A DNA stretch of 64,000 nucleotides from Meyerozyma guilliermondii (lineage: Eukaryota): NCBI GenBank assembly GCA_051546255.1, contig CP128815.1, forward strand, positions 1,798,001 through 1,862,000, read 5' to 3'. Of this stretch, positions 32,941 to 42,544 are shown piece by piece. Position 1 is the stretch's first letter, and every line of letters starts with the position of its first letter. A program made the translations under genes and the position numbers. The notes beneath the pieces were generated by a model that was not told where the DNA came from, did no database searches, and was given only the letters and a program-made list of their open reading frames with translations.

Positions 32941-33242
32941 AAATTAGTGCGATGCAGGAAAGGCTACGCGGGCGGAAAAACCAGCTTAGGAAGTCGCAGT
33001 TAAGCGGATAAAATAAATGATAATGAGAAAAATAAGAGAGAAAATAATGAGATAAAAATGAAAGTTGAAGAGAGGTGAAAAGATACTGAAGGAACAAGAA
33101 CAATTCTCAATTAAAAAGCGTTCCTCGAGTTCAATTCAATTCCTCTCCTGTTAGTCCGTAGTCGTACTTAAGTCAACCCCCTCTTATCACGTGATCCGTC
33201 AAACTCCATCATATCCAGTTATCTGCAGTAGAATATATCGTG

Positions 33243-33611
33243 ATGGCTACTGGGGGACCTGGTACGTATAAACCATAAAGCTCAAACAAACATAATCTAA
33301 CTATAGGAGGCTTCAAGAGATGGACACCTACGCCACCTGAACGTGGCTCGTTTCCTTTAGACCATGATGGAGAATGTCGTGATCAGATGCTCAAGTACTT
33401 GCAATGTATGAAGTATACTGGAAACATGAATGCTCCCAATTGTCGGATATTGTCGAAACAATATCTCAAGTGCAGAATGGAACATGATCTTATGGAAAAT
33501 TCCGACTGGGACTCATTGGGATTGGTGAATTTACCTGAGAAACAAAAGGAAAAGAGAGTGAATCAACTGAAAGAAGAGAACCACCTGAAAGAAAGCGGAC
33601 TGAAAGATTGA
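33243..33611 (+). CDS. COX19: Twin CX9C cytochrome c oxidase assembly factor Cox19; exons 33243-33261 and 33307-33611
   Basis: Spliced product reads [30 protein letters not shown]...C...C...YLKCRM..LM; intron GTACGT...CTAAC-TATAG. Confidence 0.93.
33262..33306 (+). other. Spliceosomal intron of COX19 (45 nt)
   Basis: 5' site GTACGT, branch ATCTAAC, 3' site TAG. Retention introduces an in-frame TAA. Confidence 0.85.
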
Positions 33612-33896
33612 CCGAAAGATTGATAGCTACGCATCACTTGTAAATAGAGAGAGCTGTTCAATGGAATTAATGCGACTATCTAAAGAAATAAGTAGATCGA
33701 CTACCGTTGAGCCCATAAACAGTATGAAGAACACCGTAGATTAACCACTATGATACTCAGACAAGTGTAATTACCATTTCAGTCTCTAACTCTGAAAATT
33801 ATCTTTTCAACAACGACCACTTGCAACCACTTATACTTTCAGTACTTTCGTAGTCTCTGATAATCACCTAATTTCAACTTCCATCTTCTTCACTTT

Positions 33897-36800
33897 TTAT
33901 TGTCCTCCACGTCCACGGCCTCTGCCACGGCCCCTGCCACGGCCACCTCTTCCACGGCTGCCTCCTCTACCGTTCTGGTATCCACCTCTTCCATTGTTTT
34001 GGCCTTGACCTTGACCTTGACCTTGAGGTGGTGGTTGCTGAAAGTATTGTGGTGGAAGTGGAACACCAGGAACAACTGGCACAAATGATTGCTGCTGTTG
34101 TGCCATAGGAGGTACTGGTGCTGCTCCTTCATTCATCACATTCGAGTAAATTTGTCCGTAAATTTGCCTGATGGCATTGTTGGAATGTGAACCAGAATCC
34201 TCATCCATATTGTCAGGACTCTTGTCCACTTTTTTACCGTGCAAAAGCTGGAGTAATTCATTTGCTTGCTTTGGTTTGGTGTCCGCTTCAGACCCATTCT
34301 GCTCGGTTTGTCCCTTGGCAACATTTTGGCCAGTAGGCACACGAGAACCTTGAGTCAGTGGTTTTGGTCCATTAGCATTCGCAACCTTGCGTGGAGCAGA
34401 TTTGCGGTTCTTCGACGCATTGCTGTGATAAACAAGCTGCTTGTCGGTTATGTTCAACACCAATGACGAATCCACAATCAAACCACGATTGGTTCTCAAT
34501 TTTCCATTCATGTTGTTACCACTAAGCAACACTTCGTCAAACACTACTCCCAATGATACTTTAGGTCCAACGGTGGTGATGGTGGCCACGGTTCCCTTCG
34601 AGAGATATGGCACCTTACCAGAATCTTGAACGTAAACCACACGATCACCAAGCAGGAACCTTTGCGTGCTCAACACTTGGTAAGATTGACCAGGGTTGAA
34701 AACTGCTTCCCGAGGAACACCTTTAATATCTTTCTTTGTCAAAGGAATATCTTGTGAAACATAGTTCTCCATGTAGTCTTCGATAGCAGCGAAAGAAAAT
34801 TTGGTGAGAGACTCCGATTCCAACGATACGGTAATCAAATCCAGCTTAACTTGCTTCAACCATTTCCTGACCGCAGCTAGCTCATCAGGATTGGTTATCG
34901 TCAGCGTCTTGGGCATGGATTTGAGGTCAGACTGCGCCAATTTGCTGAAAAATTTGGGGAAGGTGGCCCTGTAATCGTCTATCAACTTCACAGCAAGAGG
35001 AGAAAATTCCCAAAATTTAGCACTCTTCTTCGTAAAGCCTAATACCTTCTGGCGCCTAGCTTCAAACTTCAACTCAAGACCAACATTGACTCTCTTGCCG
35101 CCATCATCCAACATCAATCCTGAAGTAAGCTTGGACAAGAACAATGGGTTCAACTTCAAACGCTTGGCAACTTCAAAAGAAGGCATGTATCTGATTTCTC
35201 TATTCTCAATTTCTGCTCTTCTTTGTCCGATGTTGGGTTCTGCGGCTGTTTGAATCTTGGATACCTTAACGTTGATTTTATCGTTGGTATCACCAAAGCC
35301 GGCAACAGTAGCAGGAGATCCATAAGCAAATGCTCCCAAGAACACGACCTCACTATCAAGTGGAAATTCTTCATCGATAGGTAAAGGTGGCCGTGTTGCA
35401 TATCTTTCATCTCTGTGAACAACATCTTCAACGATAAGTTGTAAAGGATATGCCTCAGTGTGCTTTGAATAGGTCTTCACGTACGCTCCTTTGGCGTTAC
35501 GAATAAGTCCAGAAACTGCTTGCACGTATACAATAGCATCAATTTTACCCAATTCAACACCCATATTCCTCTTGTATGTTTCATACAAGTTTCTGGAAGT
35601 GGTCTTGAACTCTCTGACTCCTTCCGGATCGTTTGGAGTTGCAACCACCTTTTTAGATGTCAGGATCTTGACTGATTCATATTTGAATTCTTCATCAACC
35701 ACAGACACAACTCTAGACTCACGCAAGAAGGGCCATCTACTGTAGGCAAGACGACCCACGAATTTTTGACTGAATTGGTAAGTAGTGAGTCCTTCTTCTT
35801 GCTCGGGTATACTCAAGATCATGGACACAGATCTAGAAGGTGCCTGGAAAACTCGAACTTCGGCGAGCTTAAGCTCTGCATTAAATTTGACAGTGTTTAA
35901 AGTTGGGAAACCAGCAAGTAAGTTTTTACCAAGCAAGGCCCCATCACCCAAACCAATTGCAACCTTTTGGATTTCTGGCAAAACAAATACCTTTTCGTAA
36001 CACTTATCGTGCTCTATGTCGGAGAAGAATGTAGGCAAAGGCGAAGGGTATACATGATTAATCTGAGGGTTGTGAATAAACTCAATGTCAGTTCCAAAAG
36101 AGTTTCTTTTTGTCTCTTCAGGTGTGAGTTTAGCTTCAATTGGCTTGAGAGTTTCAATAAGTCTCTTTTCGTCAACAAAACTCAACAAGACAACAGCTTC
36201 CCAACTTGCAGTCTTACCATTCATATCGATATCAACCTTGTCTGGATAAAAGTCAATGATTGGCGAATGAGATTCGGTCATCAATGGGCGATACTCGAGA
36301 GGCATTAACTTGCGAGATCTTGCTGGCAAGACAGCCATTAACTGTTCAAATGGTTTGAAAGGAGTTCCAAGTTCGAACGTGATTTTCTTGTTATTTTCAA
36401 GCATGTTTTCCAAACCAATGGAAATGTCTGAAATTCTTGGAGCATAATGGTAGCGATAGTACCAACTCCAAGAAGGACACCCTTGGTAGTAGTAGTACAA
36501 AACCCACTGCAAACCCTCAATGTAATGTTCAGTAAGATTGACCATCTCTTCTTTGTCATGTATCGAGAACTTGAACTTTTCTTGATAGTACTGATCTTTC
36601 CACTTCATAAATTTGGCATCGTAAATGTCTCTGGATTCCTTTAATAAATCTTCGGTTTCGAATAAGTTAGCAGATTGGTACTTTTTAACGGATTTTCTGA
36701 TCTCGTTGATTCTATCCTCATGTTCCTCATCTGTTTCATAAGGAGACATACCATCAATATCCAATTTGGCCTCATAAGTATCTTTAGATCTCGAATGTAC

Positions 36801-38249
36801 AATTATAAGACCAACTTCAAGCGCAAATTGTTTGATAAAGTCCAAATGCTTGGAGACCTCTTCGGCAGGAAGAGACAACAGAGGGAGCTTTCCTTCACCT
36901 TCCAATTGAACAAGGTCAGCAACCTTCATCGTTGAATATTCCATGAGCCAGGGTTTGATCATTCCTACCAATTTCTTTTGGTCTTTCAAGATCAACAACT
37001 TGCCCATTCTCTCTCTTCGTTTTCCACCAGTAATTGAAATATCTTCGAGACGTTGATTGAACCAATCAACATCTACATTCAGCTTTTCAAAGTTTTCCAA
37101 CTCGAACTCGGACAAGTGACGAAGCCAAATTGCCAAACGCTTCAAATTTATCGTACCGTTCTCGTTAATGTAACCATCCGACTCCGCCAAAGCCTGTTTG
37201 AAAGTTTCCAAAAGAAGAGGAAAAGCACCCTTGTTGATATACAAATCGGGAAGACTGGGTAGGAAATCATTTCCAATGACGTACATGATCAATATGAGAT
37301 CATCCAATACTCGTTCAAAGTCAAACTCGAATGAAACATCGTTATCCATGTCCTGGAATTCGAGTGAAATGTATTCTCGAAGCAATGAAATATGCAACAA
37401 GAAAAACTTTTGGTCGTGAAGATCGTTGGATTTGTTTCCTGACCGAGGGCCAAAGGTGACTTCTTCTCTCAACAAACAGAAATGAGGATCATGGCTCACC
37501 AACCCCAACATGATCAAATCGGCGTCTAAGCCGTAAATACAATGACGTGAGTTGGAGTTGTAATTGGGCTGAGACTTCATTGTTCTAATATAGTTCATAA
37601 TTTTGTGTTCTCCTTCTCCTGGAACTTCATGTCCACTCAAGATAATCACGGTTTCGGCCCATCGAGAGTCGGTGGAAATCTTTTTGTGGATGAAATATTT
37701 CAAGTTCTCGGTCAATTTGGCCATAAATTCCGTACCTGGGGTGATAGCATTGGAATCAAATGGGTCGTCTTTGGGAATTTCCAACCCTTGCAGAATAGCC
37801 TTTTTCAAATTTTCTTCTGCTTCGTACGCGGTCCTAAATCTTCTGGCACGTTGCTGGTTCATCTTGGCACGGGGAGCCACTCCATCAATTGCCATATAGA
37901 ACACACCTTTTGGTTTTATGATTTCGAAAAGATGCTCAATATACGAGAAGATAGCGGCGTACATTTGGTCATCCGTCATCCGACTAAGGGTGTCATCATT
38001 AGAATGAGTACACGTGTGGAGAATGGAGTTCATGTCCAAATATAAGTTGTCAAACTCGGGTATCTGGGTCCCATCAATGAGTTGGGAAATTAACGGCCAT
38101 CTCTCAGAGATAAACCTAAAAAATTTAGGGATACCTGAGTTAGTAAAAATGCTGAAATATGTATATAGCAATAGAGCTCCAGCTCCTAGTGACTCGGAAC
38201 TGGTAGAACTTCCCCAATATCGCTGGAATTCATCTTTCTACTTACCCAT
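33897..38249 (-). CDS. XRN1: 5'-3' exoribonuclease Xrn1; exons 38249-38246 and 38134-33897
   Basis: Spliced start MGIPKFFRFISERWP; motifs DNLYLDMNSILH, AIDGVAPRAK, PGEGEHKI and YGLDADLIML. Confidence 0.97.
38135..38245 (-). other. Spliceosomal intron of XRN1 (111 nt)
   Basis: Minus strand reads ATGG|GTAAGT...TACTAAC-TCAG|GTATCCCT, which restores the conserved MGIPK. Confidence 0.93.
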
Positions 38250-38485
38250 TTTGTTGCGGTACTCGTTGTCGAAATTGGTAAAGTTGACGTTGAGTGGGGC
38301 TAGCACGACCGCCGCGGCGTGTATATAAGCCGTGTGCCCGTGCACTGTTACGAAAGAACATAGCTACCAGCATAAGACATTCATACGTAACCATAACTAC
38401 CTAACCTTTCCCTAAATCAAATAAAAAAATATGCTGGGACGAACAAATTGAAAACAAAGCCCAAGTGCCAAGACACGGGCGGCGC

Positions 38486-39757
38486 TCAGACAATAAAGCG
38501 CAGTTTACTCTCAGTTAACCAAGCATAAACCTGGTGTATCAGAGCATTGCCATATCGGTATATGGTGATTGCAAGTGAGTCTAAATTCTCTTTCAAAGCT
38601 GCCAGTGACTTTTTGGCGCTGGCGAACACATACCCGTACTCATATCGAGTCTGGTGCCATGTCGAGGAAAACGAATTTTTCATGTTATCAATTGGCAATG
38701 AACGAACAAACTCAAGCCCATGGTTCCGTACCAGCTTTGCCTGAAACACGGCGTCATTCCACATCAGTTTCACTGGTATATCCGCAATCAGATTCCACAT
38801 CTGTTTCACTGGAATTTCAGAAACCCGATTCCACAGCAGTCTTAGTGGAAACTCAACGAAACGATTCCAGATCAGTTTCAACGGAATCTCCGCAATCCGA
38901 TGAGAAATAGCTTCTGTCAGTTTGTGGATCGTGGCCGTTGCCAAATCAGTGTAATGGCGAACTTTAGACTCTCGGAGTGGTTTCTTAAGCCATAATCGTT
39001 TGTACCATGGCAAACTCACTTCTGGCTGGAACATCAAAGTAGTCCACACCTTGCCCATTTTCTCTCTGAGATCGTCATAAGGACTGGCAGGAACACTGGG
39101 CGCCGACTGCAAACTCTGCTGGAAAACGTAGTAGGTTGCGAGTGCCGTCAAAAGGGCAAATCCAGCACCTAGCAAGTAATGTAAAAGGTACTCGGAATTT
39201 GCATCCAAAATAGCTACAAATTTCAGACGTTCCTTTCTCTGAGCTGGGGCCACTTGAACAACAGCATTGCTACTCAACAGCTTCTCCTCTCTGTTGGCAT
39301 TTGGAGTTTGTTCTGTCAATTTGGAGCGGGCCGCAGACCAGAAATTGGTTGATGTGTTCTTGATTTGACGATTCAAATCTTCGTAAAACAGAATCACATC
39401 CGATATCCGCTTGTCGTCTGCTGGCTGTGTTTCACAGTTATCGAATTTGCTGTCCTGCTCTGTACCACTAGCTGTCTGCGTCGTCTTTAATACGTTAATC
39501 TTTTCAGAGTCTGATGTTCCTGGTTCCCCATCTCCTTTAGCTGGCCGGTTAAAGTCTCCCGAGCCTTCATTTTGCTCCACAAACTTGGGAACTTGCAAGG
39601 TGGCGAGGGAATCATCGTTGTCAATTCCATGATTCCGAGGCTCAGATAGAACGTTAATTTCGTCAAACTCACTCCTTACCGAACTCTGGGTCGACTGGTC
39701 GTCTTCCAAGTCAGAAGATGACGAAATAATGGACCATTCCTCATCTGGGGAAGCCAT
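38486..39757 (-). CDS. Uncharacterised single-pass membrane protein; candidate selective-autophagy receptor (see findings)
   Basis: First ATG at 39757. Acidic disordered N-terminus with DEEWSII, one hydrophobic segment, C-terminal helical repeats. Confidence 0.75.
   Translation of the reverse strand: MASPDEEWSIISSSSDLEDDQSTQSSVRSEFDEINVLSEPRNHGIDNDDSLATLQVPKFVEQNEGSGDFNRPAKGDGEPGTSDSEKINVLKTTQTASGTEQDSKFDNCETQPADDKRISDVILFYEDLNRQIKNTSTNFWSAARSKLTEQTPNANREEKLLSSNAVVQVAPAQRKERLKFVAILDANSEYLLHYLLGAGFALLTALATYYVFQQSLQSAPSVPASPYDDLREKMGKVWTTLMFQPEVSLPWYKRLWLKKPLRESKVRHYTDLATATIHKLTEAISHRIAEIPLKLIWNRFVEFPLRLLWNRVSEIPVKQMWNLIADIPVKLMWNDAVFQAKLVRNHGLEFVRSLPIDNMKNSFSSTWHQTRYEYGYVFASAKKSLAALKENLDSLAITIYRYGNALIHQVYAWLTESKLRFIV
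38748..38891 (-). repeat. Four imperfect 36-bp coding tandem repeats (12 aa: [ED]-[IF]-P-x-[KR]-x-x-W-N)
   Basis: The ATTCC anchor recurs at 38756, 38792, 38828 and 38864. Confidence 0.85.
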
Positions 39758-40072
39758 AGTAAATGTGGAAGATTGTCGCTTTCTGTGGTAAAATGGAAAA
39801 ATTGGGGTTTTACAAAAAAATATGGTAAACGTGGGTTGCTGGAACTGAGATTCAAGCACTGGTATAGTCTTTGGTCTTGAAAATAAGTAGGTTTAATGGA
39901 GTCACTCTTATCTATCCCTTTCTGATTTGTGCGGTTATCGCCTGCACGATCACAAATGGTTCCAGAGTGGTGCAGTGGATGCAAGAAACTACAAGGTATT
40001 AAGGAACTACAAGGTGATCAAGGTATTTACAGATTGATATACAAATTACAATTTATATTGATCATAAATACA

Positions 40073-41638
40073 TTAGTCACTGTGATGGTCAGCTTGGTGC
40101 TTGTCGGTATGGTCTCGTTGACCCTCTAATAGTTTCAATCTCACATTCATCTTGGACACACTATCTTGTAACGACTGTGCATAGTTTACAAGATCCTGAT
40201 ATTTTGCGAGTGTAACATAATTTTTGGGTTCCTCCTGTTGAGTTTGGTTCTTGGTTTGTTCATGTAGGTAAGGGTAACCCGGTGGGTTTATTTGGCCCAG
40301 ATCTTGCGCGGGGTTCATTATAGTTGAGTGAGTCAGAGGACCCAGAATTGACGATGGCCATGTGGTCAGGCTCAGGTTCAGGTTGGGGTTCAGATTCAGG
40401 TTCAAAGTCAGGTTTAGGTTCAGGTTCAGGTTCAAGTTCAGGTTCGGGGTCAGATTCAGGTTCTGGTTCAGGTTCAGGTTCATGTTCTGGTTCAGATTAA
40501 AAGTTGGGCTCTGATTCAGTATCTGATTCATGCTCAAGTTCTGCGGTTCCATGGACTCTCTCTGTCTATCAAAGTTGTTCAAAACCAATGGCTGATGATG
40601 AATCGAGCGAGAATAGTTCATGTCACCCTGCATTGGGCTATCGTTAAAAGGTAAATTTTGATGTTTGTGGTGTGGAGAATGATTTGGGGACGAATGATAT
40701 CGATTCTGTGAGTGTTGACGTGGATGCGGAAGTTGCTGCAGAGGCAATTGCCATGAAGGTGATGCTGTGGTTTGGTCCGATGTGTTGCCCAAGATCAGAC
40801 TATATGGAGGAAGCTTGGTTTGCGATTGGGAACTATCGCGAGCTCTATCCAATGGAGGAAGGCTCTGACTCTCGTTTTGGTTTCCCAGACGAGAATCTTC
40901 GTACCTTCTGGTGGTCGTGGTGGTAGTGGTAGTTGTTGTAGTGTAAGGTTGTCTATAGGAACGATTATGACCACGAGAACGAACATTATTGCCACCAGAC
41001 CCATCCAGTGTGCTCATAGGAGTGTTGCTATCGCTAACAGACTCATCGCTGATAACAGGGTCGCCCAAAGTGTTAGGTAGTGTTAAATCGGTTTCTGATT
41101 TCAATGCTGAACATGCATCTTGGGAATTCTTGTGTCTTGTTAAAGCATCTGGACGAGCGAAACTTCGAGAGCACCGATCACAAATGTAAGGTTTTTCTCC
41201 CGTGTGAAGTTTTTCATGGCGTTTCAAATCATGGATCCTTCTAAACTTACTATTGCACACGGTGCAAATATGAGGTTTCATCGACGAATGGATCAACTCA
41301 TGAGACACCATATTGTGCTTTCTGGTGAACCCTTGACCACAAGTCGAGCAAAAGTACTTTTTCGTAACTTTTTTCGCAGCGTTGCTATTAGTGTTTTTTG
41401 CGGTATTCTTGTTGACCTTGTTCTTAGTTGCATTTGTGTTCAATTTGCTAGTTTCCTTGGGTTTCACAGATGTCTTGGGTTCATTAGAAGATGTATAGCT
41501 CAGCGACCGGGATTGGTCATCGCCTTCACCGCCAGGCAGAATTATACTTGATACCAGTGCCGAGCCCGATTTTGAAGAATTCGAAAAGTTTGAAAGCTGC
41601 TGTGGCAGCTCAGTCAGGTTCCCTATATCTTTTGACAT
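40073..41638 (-). CDS. C2H2 zinc-finger transcription factor (three fingers) with low-complexity C-terminal half
   Basis: [48 protein letters not shown] and [17 protein letters not shown]; poly-Thr tract; short C-terminal coiled coil. Confidence 0.9.
   Translation of the reverse strand: MSKDIGNLTELPQQLSNFSNSSKSGSALVSSIILPGGEGDDQSRSLSYTSSNEPKTSVKPKETSKLNTNATKNKVNKNTAKNTNSNAAKKVTKKYFCSTCGQGFTRKHNMVSHELIHSSMKPHICTVCNSKFRRIHDLKRHEKLHTGEKPYICDRCSRSFARPDALTRHKNSQDACSALKSETDLTLPNTLGDPVISDESVSDSNTPMSTLDGSGGNNVRSRGHNRSYRQPYTTTTTTTTTTTRRYEDSRLGNQNESQSLPPLDRARDSSQSQTKLPPYSLILGNTSDQTTASPSWQLPLQQLPHPRQHSQNRYHSSPNHSPHHKHQNLPFNDSPMQGDMNYSRSIHHQPLVLNNFDRQRESMEPQNLSMNQILNQSPTFNLNQNMNLNLNQNLNLTPNLNLNLNLNLNLTLNLNLNPNLNLSLTTWPSSILGPLTHSTIMNPAQDLGQINPPGYPYLHEQTKNQTQQEEPKNYVTLAKYQDLVNYAQSLQDSVSKMNVRLKLLEGQRDHTDKHQADHHSD
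40367..40498 (-). repeat. Imperfect coding hexamer microsatellite (AACCTG)n
   Basis: Repeated caggtt/cagatt on the plus strand; encodes mostly Asn-CTG dipeptides. Confidence 0.9.
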
Positions 41639-42544
41639 TGCTAAGTACTAGCTTCGATATAGGGCCACAAAGCCTATATTATTCAAGGTAACGACTAGCC
41701 AATAAAGATATGTGTTTTGGCCGCAAAAAAGAATATTGAAAACTTGATTCACTTGAATGAAACTTGGTTGGTGTTGCAGGGACGCCGTACACGTACGTTT
41801 ACAAATGTCGCGTAGTAGTTCAGTAGCGGTTTTTTGTCCGAAACCCGGGGTTTGGAAAATGAGGTGACTGGGGTCCGCGATTATTTTAATTGGTCCAGCT
41901 TACGTAACAATACGTTGCTGTGGCCCGACACCAGGCACGAAAAAAGAAAAGAGTGATCATGCGGATCGGACCCATTTGCCACAAGTGGCGCGAAATCCGG
42001 TCAATTCCGGGCTTGATTGCTTTAGCTAATACTTTGGCATCAGATTATTCTTTGGCGGAGTTCCATGAGGCGGGGTTCCTGCATGCCATCGCCAATGGTG
42101 CCTTAGTCTTTCAACGCTAGTTGAATGCAGGACCAAATGTGTCAAGGGATCGTACGGTGTAATTGAGCGAGATTTCCAGACTAAATTAAAATCACCCTTG
42201 CACTAATGCGATCCGTGACAATTGAAAATGGTTGATGTGGCTGTGCTTGGAGTGGCAAGGTATTTAGATCATTCTGGAAGATTCTTTTCCTTTTTTGATA
42301 CTAGCACCCTTTTTTGGTATGCCTTGTCATTTACAGTCTCCCTAAGAATTTGGTCACTATTGTCCTGTCATGGCATTGTGTATCTGTTGTTTGCCAATGC
42401 TCTTCCATATTTGTGCACCCGTACACCACCCTCAATTCTCAACAGTTCCTCGTACAAACTAAACAGATAAGGTCCCCTACACACGCCCAAAATAATCTCC
42501 CGAGTATTGCTACCCAGGTTTTTGTCCTCTGGGAACACGGACAG

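Noticed and set aside
42314..42544. N-terminal extensions in the ORF track starting at TTG/GTG (PAN3, MPT5, SAE2, NUP49, HAT2, SulP and others)
   Set aside because: The track allows prokaryote-style starts. Recognisable homology begins at or after the first ATG, so starts were trimmed.
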